Source: a virus (Duplodnaviria; Heunggongvirae; Uroviricota; Caudoviricetes). Taken from it: a stretch of 64,000 bases of DNA. The notes under the pieces are model-generated. The model was not told the DNA's origin, did no database searches, and was given only the letters and a program-made list of their open reading frames with translations. Of the stretch, positions 45,439 through 55,443 are shown piece by piece. Location: IMG/VR virus record IMGVR_UViG_3300045923_000005, positions 51,764-115,763 of that record; one strand, given 5' to 3'. Both the position numbers and the translations under genes were made by a program. Within the stretch, counting starts at the first letter, position 1, and each line of letters begins with the position of its first letter.

Positions 45439-45806
45439 TAGCGGAGATCCGGACCGACGATGTAGCCAGCGCCATAGGCATTGACCTTGCCATAGTCCAG
45501 GTCCATGATGTTGCCACGAGCGTGATTCAGAGCCGGACCATTCCAGGTAGCGGCCAGGAGGATGTCACCTTGCTTGAAAGACTTGCCACCCGAACTCTTG
45601 CCGGCTGTGAAATCCTTCTTGACGATGAAGCTGTGCGAAGACCGCTGACCGCGCTCGCCATGATGGCTCACGATGCGGATGAACTTCTGACCCCACATCG
45701 CCGTGTAACGCGATTCTAGGGTCGGAGCCTTGGCCTTATGATCAGCCGTCAGTTTCTCCAGGTAGGCAGCGAGCGCCTGATCAAACTCTTTGTTGAGGGT
45801 GCTCAT
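45438..45806 (-). CDS. hypothetical protein (~122 aa; internal Met of the 180-aa table ORF)
   Basis: N-terminal 58 residues of the table ORF are Arg/Gly-rich nonsense overlapping the upstream gene; plausible start at MSTLNKEFDQ…. Confidence 0.35.
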   Translation of the reverse strand: MSTLNKEFDQALAAYLEKLTADHKAKAPTLESRYTAMWGQKFIRIVSHHGERGQRSSHSFIVKKDFTAGKSSGGKSFKQGDILLAATWNGPALNHARGNIMDLDYGKVNAYGAGYIVGPDLR

Positions 45807-46030
45807 TAGGCTGCCACTCCCATCAGCTGAACCGGGTCCGACGGCATGAAGCCAAGAAGCTGAAGCTTCTGGGTCATGCGACGATCGTTGATCAGATCGG
45901 CCTGTTCCTTGCGGGCCACGACGAGCGCGTCCAGCTTGGAGAGGGCAACGCCCAGGACTTCTTTGGTCTCGATGCCACACTTGGTGGTCGTGATCTTGAA
46001 GACGTGATAAACAAGGTTTGCTGTATTCAT
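45806..46030 (-). CDS. hypothetical protein (~74 aa; internal Met of the 115-aa table ORF)
   Basis: The table ORF reads through cassette copy E. A start at MNTANLV… places GTATAATAC 7 nt upstream of the ATG. Confidence 0.3.
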   Translation of the reverse strand: MNTANLVYHVFKITTTKCGIETKEVLGVALSKLDALVVARKEQADLINDRRMTQKLQLLGFMPSDPVQLMGVAA

Positions 46031-46033
46031 GGT

Positions 46034-46117
46034 AAGTATTATACGCTGGTTCTTATGAATAGGGGACCAATTTAACTTATTTTCGAACAATCTTTTGAAA
46101 GCGTTAACTAGTACCGT
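46034..46117. repeat. conserved intergenic cassette copy E (between divergent genes)
   Basis: GTATTATACgctggttcttatgaataggggaccaATTTAACTTATTTtcgaacaatcttttgaaagCGTTAACTAGTACCG. Confidence 0.7.
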
Positions 46118-46186
46118 TTTGGGTGATTTTGGGTGATAAATAGGTTGGAACACCCACCCGCACCACTTATTTCCTGGAGAAATAAA

Positions 46187-47245
46187 TTGTCAAAACTTCT
46201 TTTCATTGTGAAACGTCGTGAAGATTACTCTATCCATGACTCATACTCCAAGCAGGGAGTATCAACCGGGTTATGGAACTCTGCCCGCTTGGTCGTAGAG
46301 ATGTTAAATGCAAATGGAATTGAAGCAAAGCTTGTTGAAGTCATAGACAACAATTGTATTGATCGTGAAGTAACATCATACCGTCCAACTGACGTGATCA
46401 TCGAAGCACTTTGGGTCGTTCCCGAAAAGTTCGAGATCCTACAACGTCTTCATCCTACCGTAAAGTGGAATGTCCGTCTTCATAGCGAGATGCCGTTCGT
46501 AGCAAACGAAGGGATCGCGATGCGTTGGTTGACTGGTTACTGCCGCCACAAGAATGTCACGATCTCTGCTAACTCTTTCCGTATGCTTAAGGAAGTTTCT
46601 TTCATCCTGGCTGAACAAAACGGTTGGACCGAAGAAGAGACCAAGGCTAAGGTATTCTACACTCCCAACTACTACATGCCTGAGCAGTCTGCTCCAATTT
46701 ACAAGTTGCCTTTGGATTGTCGTGCCTATATTGACGTGGGATGTTTTGGAGCTATCCGTCCTTTGAAGAATCAGTTGATCCAAGCTGTGGCTGCTCTTAG
46801 GTTTGCTGATAGCATCGGCAAGACTTTGAACTTCCATATCAACGTTGGACGTATTGAAAACAAAGGCGACCCGGTTCATCACAACATCCGTGATCTATTC
46901 AAGGGTTTGGAAGACTCTGGTCATCAACTGGTTGAGCATCTATGGGCACCGCATCCTGAGTTTCTTCAGGTCATTCGCTCAATGGACATCGGCATGCAGG
47001 TATCTTTCACTGAAACGTTTAATATCGTCTCTGCTGATCTAGTTTCCTGCGGCATACCATTGGTTGCGTCTAGTGAAGTGGCTTGGTTGACGAATTACTT
47101 CGCTGACCCTACTAGTTCAGATGATATCTTTAACAAGATGAAAGTCATTTGGGGACTCCGTCATGTATTCACCTGGATGAACCGTAGAGGCTTGAAGAAG
47201 TATTCAAACCATTCTATCGCGGCTTGGGTGAAGGCTTACGGTTAA
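46187..47245 (+). CDS. plus-strand gene: putative GT-B-fold glycosyltransferase (possibly DNA beta-glucosyltransferase-like)
   Basis: 352 aa from TTG with a GGAGA SD. Size and C-terminal G-I-P-L-V-A-S motif resemble small GT-B transferases such as T4 beta-gt (351 aa); the similarity is weak. Confidence 0.4.
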   Translation: MSKLLFIVKRREDYSIHDSYSKQGVSTGLWNSARLVVEMLNANGIEAKLVEVIDNNCIDREVTSYRPTDVIIEALWVVPEKFEILQRLHPTVKWNVRLHSEMPFVANEGIAMRWLTGYCRHKNVTISANSFRMLKEVSFILAEQNGWTEEETKAKVFYTPNYYMPEQSAPIYKLPLDCRAYIDVGCFGAIRPLKNQLIQAVAALRFADSIGKTLNFHINVGRIENKGDPVHHNIRDLFKGLEDSGHQLVEHLWAPHPEFLQVIRSMDIGMQVSFTETFNIVSADLVSCGIPLVASSEVAWLTNYFADPTSSDDIFNKMKVIWGLRHVFTWMNRRGLKKYSNHSIAAWVKAYG

Positions 47246-47688
47246 ACGAAAATCAGGGGAATGGTGATAATCAGCATCACCGCATGAAGGAACTGGTCGA
47301 AGCCGATTATCACGAAGAACCAATGCACGTGGTGCGCATTGTTCATGGCGGCCCATTGCTTGACGTCAGTGCCGGTCGTAGGATCTGCAATGATTGCCTG
47401 AGCCTCGGCCGCCAGTTTCCATCGACGGCTAGAAAGCCGGGACGTAATGTAATCTGTGCTCCAGTGACATAGTCCATTGGCTAGTGCATACCAAGGACCG
47501 AAGACCACTAGGAGGACCGTAGAGTAGGCGAGGATGTGATAGGTCAGCCAGCGGTTGCTGGAGCTCTTACCCTTAGCCATCTTATCCGTCTGGAGCATGA
47601 AGTCCGCGACGAAGTGAGTGAATAGGATCAGGATCAAAAGAAGGGTGGCTGAGTGAGGTAGGAGAAGATATAGCATAACTATTTCCAA
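47242..47688 (-). CDS. polytopic membrane protein (148 aa)
   Basis: at least 4 predicted TM helices. Confidence 0.45.
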   Translation of the reverse strand: MEIVMLYLLLPHSATLLLILILFTHFVADFMLQTDKMAKGKSSSNRWLTYHILAYSTVLLVVFGPWYALANGLCHWSTDYITSRLSSRRWKLAAEAQAIIADPTTGTDVKQWAAMNNAHHVHWFFVIIGFDQFLHAVMLIITIPLIFV

Positions 47689-48149
47689 TCAATCTTCGCG
47701 CAAGTCTTGTCATGCCAATGACCAACCATCTGGGCCAATGGACCTGGTGGCGCATCTACCCGATTCTCTCGGATGTATTTGCGTAGCAATAAGATGCCAA
47801 TCACTGCTCCAACAATCAGAGCGATGAATCCTAGAAAACACCAGACTACGATACCAGACTTTATCATACCTTTCACCAGTACCCAGGCCGGAACGGCCAA
47901 GTGGAAGATATGGCAGAAGAGCGCAACCACTGCCGCTATCGCAGGTAACACAAGCACACCAAATACCACAATCGTTATGGCCGCACCTAATGCGCCAATG
48001 GCCAATGACTTCAACAACGCTACGATGAAGGCTCGCGTATAAGCGCAGATGTTGCTACTGTTGGGATCGGGAGCCCACCACGTCATGCGACGGACGAACT
48101 TATAATGCCAAGAATCTTTCGAGAAAGTAATATTCATCTTCCTACACAC
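47679..48149 (-). CDS. polytopic membrane protein (156 aa)
   Basis: 4 predicted TM helices (AIGALGAAITIVVFGVLVLPAIAAVVALF…). Confidence 0.45.
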   Translation of the reverse strand: MCRKMNITFSKDSWHYKFVRRMTWWAPDPNSSNICAYTRAFIVALLKSLAIGALGAAITIVVFGVLVLPAIAAVVALFCHIFHLAVPAWVLVKGMIKSGIVVWCFLGFIALIVGAVIGILLLRKYIRENRVDAPPGPLAQMVGHWHDKTCAKIDWK

Positions 48150-48388
48150 CTACTGTTACCATAACAAGGATCAGGGACACAGCAACCACAAGGTTCATCT
48201 GTGCCAATTTCTTCAATGATGTTGCCAAGCATCTTCTTATCCAACCGGTCCAGGACCTTGCGCAGTTCTTCACTGTCCAGATAGGTCGTGCCGTTGGCGC
48301 GAACGTGAAGGATGATGCCGTCTTCCGTTGTATAGGTTCCGGCTCGGCCGAACTGCTGTTGGAACCAATTGAGTAGACGTCGAATCAT
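48134..48388 (-). CDS. hypothetical Cys-rich protein (84 aa)
   Basis: C-terminal CGCCVPDPCYGNSRC. Confidence 0.3.
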   Translation of the reverse strand: MIRRLLNWFQQQFGRAGTYTTEDGIILHVRANGTTYLDSEELRKVLDRLDKKMLGNIIEEIGTDEPCGCCVPDPCYGNSRCVGR

Positions 48389-48624
48389 GCTACTTTACAT
48401 TTGGCTTCGATAGCATTCGTCTCAAGGACCTGGATGGCCTTCTTCAGAGAAGAAACCTTGACCTGGAGTTGAGCCTCTGATCCTTCATCAGACTGTAGCT
48501 GAGTGCGCAGCTTGGCGTTCTTCTCCGTCTGTTGGATCAGCTTCACATTGGTCTGTGATAGCTCATCGCGTAGGAGGGCCAGGGCCGGATCTTCTTGCTC
48601 ACTGAACTTAGGGAACATAGCCAT
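48385..48624 (-). CDS. hypothetical coiled-coil protein (79 aa)
   Basis: coupled ORF. Confidence 0.3.
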   Translation of the reverse strand: MAMFPKFSEQEDPALALLRDELSQTNVKLIQQTEKNAKLRTQLQSDEGSEAQLQVKVSSLKKAIQVLETNAIEAKCKVA

Positions 48625-48815
48625 TAGGCTTTCACTCCCTTCTTCGCGAGGTTGCCGACTTCAGTTGAGATCTTGCCCAACTTGTCGGCCTGACCTTCTA
48701 GGCTCAGAGCCGCATAGATACCCTTATGAGCCAGGACTTGCTTCAGGTTGACCCGACGGCGCGCCAGGGCACCGGCACGACGCTTGGCAATTCGACTTGG
48801 ACTATTGGCGATCAT
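48624..48815 (-). CDS. hypothetical protein (63 aa)
   Basis: coupled ORF. Confidence 0.25.
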   Translation of the reverse strand: MIANSPSRIAKRRAGALARRRVNLKQVLAHKGIYAALSLEGQADKLGKISTEVGNLAKKGVKA

Positions 48816-49091
48816 TCAATTCTTCCTATATTTGATAGCATACCACAACCAGACGCAATTCCCTAGGCAGATGGCCAAGCCACCATACCAACTGATCCAT
48901 TGACCGAGGCTCGGATAATAATAGAGATTCCAAATGCCCCAAGAAAACCAAAAGAAGGTAATCCTCCAGGAGACACCGCGCACCATCTTGTCGCGGATGA
49001 TGGCTCGGACATTGTCCCAGATCATGAGACCACCGAAGCCTTCAAAGCCACCATTGATGGCGTCGGCTACATGCGGAGGAATATGCATCAT
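48816..49091 (-). CDS. membrane protein (91 aa)
   Basis: Trp-rich TM segments. Confidence 0.35.
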   Translation of the reverse strand: MMHIPPHVADAINGGFEGFGGLMIWDNVRAIIRDKMVRGVSWRITFFWFSWGIWNLYYYPSLGQWISWYGGLAICLGNCVWLWYAIKYRKN

Positions 49092-49273
49092 TACTTGGCC
49101 ATCTTCTTGAGAAGTAGATTGGCGGCCCGAACTAACTGCTGATCAGACATGGCGATCAAGATGATCTCTAATGCCTTGGAGCGGTCAGCCTTGGTCATTC
49201 CCATTATGGCGCCAACCAATCGGAGACGCTTCTCTTTCTTGGCGGCCAGGGATGCCTTACGTTCTGGTGTCAT
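49091..49273 (-). CDS. hypothetical protein (60 aa)
   Basis: coupled ORF. Confidence 0.25.
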   Translation of the reverse strand: MTPERKASLAAKKEKRLRLVGAIMGMTKADRSKALEIILIAMSDQQLVRAANLLLKKMAK

Positions 49274-49548
49274 CGACGCTGCCGAAAGGGAGGATTGATT
49301 CGTGATCCAAAGAGCCAGACAGCATCATTGGCCTTGGCTTCCTGCTCGGCCGCGAGGACGGCCTCGGCGACGTCTTTGGAGACCTGGTCTAGCTCGGCCG
49401 GTTCAACATCCAGACCGCTAGTGACGATCTCATTGTCGATGTTGGCGGAGGTAGCCTGCTCAAGAAAATCCTGAGACAGATTAATACGGTTGTTGCTCAT
49501 TTGTCTAGAACACGAACGCAGTAGTAATAGGAGTTGGTCTGCCGGCAC
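49270..49548 (-). CDS. hypothetical acidic protein (92 aa)
   Basis: coupled ORF. Confidence 0.3.
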   Translation of the reverse strand: MPADQLLLLLRSCSRQMSNNRINLSQDFLEQATSANIDNEIVTSGLDVEPAELDQVSKDVAEAVLAAEQEAKANDAVWLFGSRINPPFRQRR

Positions 49549-49654
49549 TCTTTCCAGACCTTGTATTCACAAGAGACCGGTAGGGCAATCAGGCCAAGGA
49601 CCACGATCGCAATGATCAGCTGGCCGAAGAAGTTCTTGATACGGGCCAGGAGGT

Positions 49655-49936
49655 TCATACTGACACCGGAGGGACAACCGGGACTAACTCACGGCGCTCC
49701 CAGACGTCAACAAATTTCTCTTCACTGTTGGTATAGTGACCAGTCCAGCGCGGATTGACGATCATCACAATTCGGCGCTCATAAGTCTCTAACCAGACGC
49801 ACTGGCGAGGAGCAACCCGGACAGGGAAGAATGCGAAGGCAGTGTGCCACACACGTCGGGCGAGCTCTTTGGCCTTCTGCCGCTCTAGGTCTCTCGCGAT
49901 CTTCTCATCTAGCGACAGGCCACAGTTGAATTTCAT
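49655..49936 (-). CDS. hypothetical protein (93 aa)
   Basis: promoter-like boxes upstream at ~50015-50045. Confidence 0.3.
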   Translation of the reverse strand: MKFNCGLSLDEKIARDLERQKAKELARRVWHTAFAFFPVRVAPRQCVWLETYERRIVMIVNPRWTGHYTNSEEKFVDVWERRELVPVVPPVSV

Positions 49937-50050
49937 TTACAGATCACTCCGAGCAATAACAAAAGAAGCAGACAAACCAGGCATATAACAAGTAGCGCAG
50001 GAAGGTCGCTCACAGTATCTATTATACGCCTGTTTGCCTTAAGAGTAAGA

Positions 50051-50827
50051 TCAGAGCAGCTGCGCGGAGCCCAAAAGAGTAACCAGCCGACCATTCAGGG
50101 TCACAGAGATGGAACCCACAATCTGGTCATCATTGATGTCGCGGGTGAACAGGCCAGTCGCCACTAGTCCGTTCAGCGAAGCATAATCTCCTGAGCATCC
50201 ACTGATGGTGGCCGTCAGAGTGTAGACATTAAGAGTCTCATCCGGCACACTGACCTTCCCAGTAATCGCGCAGCCAAAGTCCGAAATGCTCAGTGAGCCA
50301 TCGGCCTTCACAACCAGGTCACTGCCATCACTGAACTGATATGAACCAACCAAGTCAGCGAGGGAAGCCGGAGCCTGCGAGACATCTCCCTGCCACTTCC
50401 ATTCGACCTGACTGCCATCCTGGCCATAGAGATCGATCTCACTGCCAGCGATCCAATCACCACTCACCTGCAGCGTGCTGCTACCCGCACAGCCGCCCTG
50501 CGGCGTCAGATAGGAGTTGCTGTTGTTGATGGTATAGCCATCGGAAGCCAGACTGAACTTACCACTGGCCAGGGAGTAGCAGCCACCCACCGAGATGTCA
50601 TACGTGAACGTTCCGTCCACGCCGACTACTAAGTGTCCCCAGGAGCCGGCAGCCGAATCAGAGAATGAATAATAGCCGCCAATGCCGGAGTAAGGCACCA
50701 CACTTTGGGTAGTGGGACCAGGACCGGTTGGGTCCGTAACTTGTGTGGTGGCCGGAGCAGATGAACCACCGCCACCACAGCCCGTAAGGGCCAAACACAA
50801 AACCATCAATGACAGATAAGTCTTCAT
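50051..50827 (-). CDS. secreted lipoprotein (Gly/Ser-rich, ~258 aa from internal Met)
   Basis: MKTYLSLMVLCLALTGCGGGGSS: signal peptide plus lipobox L-T-G-C; AGGA SD 8 nt upstream of this Met; the upstream ORF ends at 50838. Confidence 0.6.
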   Translation of the reverse strand: MKTYLSLMVLCLALTGCGGGGSSAPATTQVTDPTGPGPTTQSVVPYSGIGGYYSFSDSAAGSWGHLVVGVDGTFTYDISVGGCYSLASGKFSLASDGYTINNSNSYLTPQGGCAGSSTLQVSGDWIAGSEIDLYGQDGSQVEWKWQGDVSQAPASLADLVGSYQFSDGSDLVVKADGSLSISDFGCAITGKVSVPDETLNVYTLTATISGCSGDYASLNGLVATGLFTRDINDDQIVGSISVTLNGRLVTLLGSAQLL

Positions 50828-50837
50828 GATATAGTCC

Positions 50838-51179
50838 TCAGATGTTGACATGGATATGGGGATTGTTGAAGAAATGCTCTTCAACCCAATCTTTGGATTC
50901 TTTCAATCCGAACTGTGTGATGCCGCGATGCTCTTTGATGGCCATGACCTTGTTCCCGCCTTCCGAGATGGAGCGGAGCGACCGGAACTGCTTATTGGTC
51001 AGTCGGCAACCTCCACCACTGTATGGGAAGTTCCGAACCTGATCATCTAGTGGAACGATGAGCTCGGCAACGAAGTCTTCGAGACACTCCGGGTGTTGCT
51101 CCACGTACTTGTAGAGAACGGCACGCAACTGAGTCTCGTTGGCGTCATGGAGGAAGTGAAGGGTCGTGGCTTTGAACAT
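50838..51179 (-). CDS. hypothetical protein (113 aa)
   Basis: ORF upstream of the lipoprotein gene. Confidence 0.35.
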   Translation of the reverse strand: MFKATTLHFLHDANETQLRAVLYKYVEQHPECLEDFVAELIVPLDDQVRNFPYSGGGCRLTNKQFRSLRSISEGGNKVMAIKEHRGITQFGLKESKDWVEEHFFNNPHIHVNI

Positions 51180-51676
51180 GATGAATGTGATCCTGGATAT
51201 TCTTATACAGACTTGCGTCCGTAAGTCTTACAGTAAAGGTCGGAAGGCTCTCTGTTTCTTCTCTAGAATTTTTATAGAGAAGGACACGGACAGAGCTCCT
51301 GGCGAACCATGAGAAGATGAGAGATCCCTTGCATGGGACCCAGAGCGAGAACCACTGGCACTGTCAGACAAACCAATGGCAATACAATGGCGCTGCCAAC
51401 GGCTGACCATGGCCTGGTACAGTGCAGGCTTACAGACGCGGTCGTGCATGGCCATTGTCCAGGATTGCCATAAGACTGACTGCCACTGCGAACAGTGTAC
51501 AGACGATGGCCGCGAGGGTATCGATGCTCATGAGTGTTGATCCTCTTCCACTGTGATCATCGATGCATTAGGATACTCCATCTCTGCACCGAGTGTTGCA
51601 GCCTGGATGGTGTCCGCTTCGATGGAGTCCACAATGGTCTCAGGACCAGGGAGGACGACTGTTGCTATGAAGAGCA

Positions 51677-51943
51677 TTAGACGTCCAGACCCCAAATTTG
51701 GCTGCGTATAAGAGCACAGAGCTCACGCATGCGGTCCCACTCATCATTGTCACGGTGAGGAACACGGCTCGAATGCAGCAGTGAATCAATCACATAGACG
51801 TCATGTCGTAGACGATTGATCGCATCCATCATCCGGAGAGCGCAGTCGATGTCGCCCAGTACAAGCCGGGTCTTGACACCATTCACGAGGACAGTAACGA
51901 TAGAGTGTTTAGTCATGGGAGCTATTATACGCCATTCGTACAA
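51677..51943 (-). CDS. hypothetical protein (88 aa)
   Basis: first gene after cassette copy G. Confidence 0.3.
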   Translation of the reverse strand: MYEWRIIAPMTKHSIVTVLVNGVKTRLVLGDIDCALRMMDAINRLRHDVYVIDSLLHSSRVPHRDNDEWDRMRELCALIRSQIWGLDV

Positions 51944-52003
51944 GAAGTCAATGGCCGAGTTAACTTATTTCACATTTATTTACTGCAGTCAATAAGTTAA
52001 ACC
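51920..52003. repeat. conserved intergenic cassette copy G (variant with internal inverted repeat TTAACTTATTT…AATAAGTTAA)
   Basis: gCTATTATACgccattcgtacaagaagtcaatggccgaGTTAACTTATTTcacatttatttactgcagtcAATAAGTTAAAc. Confidence 0.6.
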
Positions 52004-52043
52004 ACTAATTGTAAGAATGCAGAATATGGATGATTTGTAAGAG

Positions 52044-52313
52044 TCAATATATTATGAATGCTTCGCCACTCTCCACTGCTCTCTTCATGAGATCGAGTGC
52101 AATGTTGGCCGGTACATTGTTCGCCCTGCACCATTCGGCTAGCTCTTCCAGGCCGATGCCACTGTCGATCTTTGGTTTGATATCATTGGTGCCAATGAGG
52201 TCTTGAAATTCAGATAGACTGTCGTCTAAGACGTAGTCCTCGTCTGCCGGAGATGCTGTCTCTGGGCTGACAGTGGTTGTACCCTCTATCAGTGGTCCAG
52301 AGACATTGTTCAT
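52044..52313 (-). CDS. hypothetical acidic protein (89 aa)
   Basis: coupled ORF. Confidence 0.3.
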   Translation of the reverse strand: MNNVSGPLIEGTTTVSPETASPADEDYVLDDSLSEFQDLIGTNDIKPKIDSGIGLEELAEWCRANNVPANIALDLMKRAVESGEAFIIY

Positions 52314-52624
52314 TTGCTCTCCTGCTCCCTCTGTTCTCTCTTGATTTGGTTCGTTCGAGGGTGCTTATTGCTCAATTTGCCCTTGACCCAACTCTTATGC
52401 TCTTCAATTACCGGCTCGCCTGCCTCATTGATCTCCAATAGAAGCTCTTGAGCGCCATCATTGAACCATTTGGCCTTGACTGGCATCAGACTGGTTAGGG
52501 TGCTGAGATTGCCAGCCGCATTGTCATTGCCGACCATTGCACCAGACAAGCTCTTACTTATGGCTTGCCGGTGCTCTGGGCTTTTGGGACGCCAGCTGGT
52601 GCTCCTTCCTTTACATTCAAGCAC
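52310..52624 (-). CDS. hypothetical protein (104 aa)
   Basis: coupled ORF. Confidence 0.3.
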   Translation of the reverse strand: MLECKGRSTSWRPKSPEHRQAISKSLSGAMVGNDNAAGNLSTLTSLMPVKAKWFNDGAQELLLEINEAGEPVIEEHKSWVKGKLSNKHPRTNQIKREQREQESK

Positions 52625-52911
52625 AGTGGATGATCATAGTTGATCGGAAGAGTCTTGAACTTAGCAAGACAATCCTTGTATGTGCCCATGGTAATTGCAC
52701 TAACATGGAAGTCAGTGCGCTTGGCCTTAAGAGCACGGACCTTATCACCGCCACCAATGAACATATCAACTGCCTGGTCTGTACCAAAGTTGATGTCCTG
52801 TGTTGCATGGATGCCTACGTACACAGCACCAGTTGGCAAGTGACGAGTGAGGAATAGGAAATGGATGATTGGAGACTGTGGCAGTCCTGGTGGTGTTGGT
52901 CGTGGTTGCAT
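52558..52911 (-). CDS. hypothetical protein (117 aa), weak GIY-YIG-like N-terminal motif
   Basis: …GAVYVGIHATQD…GGGDKVRALKAKR…; overlaps the previous ORF by 67 nt, so one of the two starts is probably wrong. Confidence 0.3.
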   Translation of the reverse strand: MQPRPTPPGLPQSPIIHFLFLTRHLPTGAVYVGIHATQDINFGTDQAVDMFIGGGDKVRALKAKRTDFHVSAITMGTYKDCLAKFKTLPINYDHPLCLNVKEGAPAGVPKAQSTGKP

Positions 52912-53248
52912 AATGTTTGGTCCTGGTTGGTCGTGCTGTGTTCTGTCGTGGGATCGGTGGGACTCTGCTTCATCTTACAGCAATGTCATCAGAGCTCACA
53001 TTCTTAGAGTATATAGCTCAGTTTACCTGTGGGTATTCTTAAGCCTAAATATCAATTGCGTAGGATGGAACAGATTCATTGCTACGTACACAGCCACCGC
53101 GATCAAGGATTGACCGCATTGACACAGGCTTTTCATATGTACCATCCATTAGTCGCATCCAGTCGAGCCATTAATGGCTCTACATATTGTTGTCTGTGTT
53201 GTACAGGTTAGGTTTAACTCTTACATTATACAGACAGTAGAATAGGAT

Positions 53249-54532
53249 ATGGCCGCAACAAAAACACCCGATAAGACTCAAAAGCAGATAATCAATTTGT
53301 ACAGAGCCGCTCTGGAGACGAGTGGTGTGAAGGTAGGTCCTCCTTCTGGTCGCTTCGGACCTAACCTAAGAATAATGTCTGCGGGTGATCCTGCTAAGTT
53401 GCTCAATGCTATTTCACCTTGTACTCTTACACCAACTGATGTTGTACGTTCTGGTCAGTTTGCTACTCTAGTTCTGACCTTGCTTAAGGACTTTGGTCCT
53501 GCCAAGAAAGGCGACCAATGTTACTTTGTTCAGTCCGTGCGCTCTACCGGTGAGATTCGTAACAAGAGCCTGACGCCTGATGCGCTAGGGATGGGTGGCA
53601 AGACGATCAATAAGAGTTTGTTTGAGAGAGTGGCCATAGAAGGAATTGGTAAGAGTAAGGACGTCAATGAGAACATCAAAGCCTTCTTGTATTCACTTTT
53701 GGATGCCAGCAAGGGGAATGGACAGATCAAGGCCAAGCAAATAGAAAGCATTAGTGATTCAGATCTGAATGTCATAGCAAAAGACTTTGGTGAGATCTCC
53801 GGCGCTCTTTGGTACATGTCCAATGAGAATAAGAGCACCAAGGCTATTGAGTTTCCTTCTGCCTCTAATGCCCGGCTGGTTGACTACTATGCTGTGGAGG
53901 GTAACAAGAAGATCGCGATCTCTGCTAAGGCCAATGAGGGAGCGCCTCCTTCTATTGAGGCAATCGCGGAAATCCTTTTGACCAAGAAGTACGGCAGTCC
54001 TGCCAAAGATGGAGCCAGGAAGGCTATCATCTCTATTGCTCAGAGCAGTGTTATTGAGGGTATTGTGAAGGCCAGTATGGACCTAAAGACCAAGGGCTAT
54101 CAGTGGATGAAGACCAAGGTCTTCCGTAGGGATTGGAAGGCAGCGGATGTAGAGGCGATGCTGGCCAAGTATAAGAGTCCAAAGCAGTTCCTGGCGGAGT
54201 TTGCTCCGTTCTATGCGCTGATTGGACGTACAGCAAGTGAAAAGACCACGGATGAAATCTTCAAGCAAAAAGCCAAGCGTAATGGATTGATCTTGTCTCC
54301 TATGGGCTATTCCCTAGTAGACGAAATGAACGGCAACAAAGTGTTCTTGGAAGTATTGACGGATGCGGCTCAGCAAATAAAAGTCAGCCAACTGTATATT
54401 AAGATCAGCAAGGCTACCAAGAGAGTGGATTACCACATCAAGGAATTTGATAGCAGTAAGTTTGAGTTCAAGTACAATTCAAATGCTAAGAGTCCTTCCC
54501 TAAAGAAGATCTCCTTCATCATAGCCAAGTAG
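53249..54532 (+). CDS. plus-strand 427-aa protein of unknown function (accessory/moron)
   Basis: Clean ATG start preceded by AACTCTTACAttatacagacaGTAGAATAGgat (the same box pair seen before minus-strand genes). About 330 nt of non-coding DNA lies upstream. Convergent with the His-rich gene. Confidence 0.6.
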   Translation: MAATKTPDKTQKQIINLYRAALETSGVKVGPPSGRFGPNLRIMSAGDPAKLLNAISPCTLTPTDVVRSGQFATLVLTLLKDFGPAKKGDQCYFVQSVRSTGEIRNKSLTPDALGMGGKTINKSLFERVAIEGIGKSKDVNENIKAFLYSLLDASKGNGQIKAKQIESISDSDLNVIAKDFGEISGALWYMSNENKSTKAIEFPSASNARLVDYYAVEGNKKIAISAKANEGAPPSIEAIAEILLTKKYGSPAKDGARKAIISIAQSSVIEGIVKASMDLKTKGYQWMKTKVFRRDWKAADVEAMLAKYKSPKQFLAEFAPFYALIGRTASEKTTDEIFKQKAKRNGLILSPMGYSLVDEMNGNKVFLEVLTDAAQQIKVSQLYIKISKATKRVDYHIKEFDSSKFEFKYNSNAKSPSLKKISFIIAK

Positions 54533-54534
54533 CC

Positions 54535-55413
54535 TTAGTCTTTATTGTGGTCAGGATGAAATTGAGGATGGTGTTCTTTGACCCAATCCATAATTTCCTT
54601 GTGTTTTCCTTTGCCGGCAGTCCCTGCTTGGCGATGTTTGCGGTCGAACTCAGCCACATCACGCACCGGTCCACCTACACTACGCTTCTTTGCCTTAATG
54701 TATTCACCTAGATTATCCCCAAATTTATGGGGTTTGCCGCCATTAGGTGTAGGAACCATTAGTCCGTGGTGCTTAGGGATCTTCTTAATCTCGTGCGCAC
54801 GGACAAACCAACGGTCGTGCTCACCACTAGCCGCGTGCTTGACTTTGCTATCGTCTATTACTGTAACGTGTCCGTCTTTAGTTGCGTGGTGAATACGCTC
54901 GCCCTTATCGTTGAATACGTGCGTAGAGCCTTTAGTGCTCCAAAGAGCAACGTTGCGTCCTACGTATCCCATTCCCTTGCCACCGAATCCTCCATCACGG
55001 TGGGGAGCCTCGTGCTTAGGAGTGCGTCCTGTTACCTTACGCTTGAACTCGCTCTTGAATTTCTGCTCATGAGGGGATAGGACTAACGGGTGAGCAGGAG
55101 CAAAGGAATAGTATCCGTGCTTATGAAGATGCTCGTGAAACTCTTTGGTGATAGTGTGGTGATCTAGCTTGGAAGGCTTGAACTCACCTAGCATCTTGTG
55201 ACCTTCGTCATTATCAATATGCTTGTGTTCTTTTGGAGCATACTGACGTTCGTCTAAGACTTCTTCGGTTAGGTGTCCGTCATCGAAGTCATCGGTCTTT
55301 TTGATGTAATGGATAACTGGAGGTTTGGATGCGTGAAGCATTAGGACGACATGAATAGGTTCGTCATGTCCTCCAGTCTTTGCTTCTGCTAGGTATTGCT
55401 TCAGGCTTATCAT
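54535..55413 (-). CDS. His-rich protein (292 aa) with TEEVLDE motif
   Basis: about 11% His; HLTEEVLDERQ resembles the EETLDE motif of the 768-aa and 394-aa proteins. Confidence 0.55.
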   Translation of the reverse strand: MISLKQYLAEAKTGGHDEPIHVVLMLHASKPPVIHYIKKTDDFDDGHLTEEVLDERQYAPKEHKHIDNDEGHKMLGEFKPSKLDHHTITKEFHEHLHKHGYYSFAPAHPLVLSPHEQKFKSEFKRKVTGRTPKHEAPHRDGGFGGKGMGYVGRNVALWSTKGSTHVFNDKGERIHHATKDGHVTVIDDSKVKHAASGEHDRWFVRAHEIKKIPKHHGLMVPTPNGGKPHKFGDNLGEYIKAKKRSVGGPVRDVAEFDRKHRQAGTAGKGKHKEIMDWVKEHHPQFHPDHNKD

Positions 55414-55443
55414 CTATAACCCCTTGTAGATGATGTATTTAGG

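Noticed and set aside
45438-45980. N-terminal 58 residues (MWHRDQRSPGRCPLQAGRARRGPQG…) of the 180-aa table ORF
   Set aside because: Arg/Gly/Pro-rich run typical of an out-of-frame GC-rich read, overlapping the neighbouring ORF; internal Met start is more plausible.
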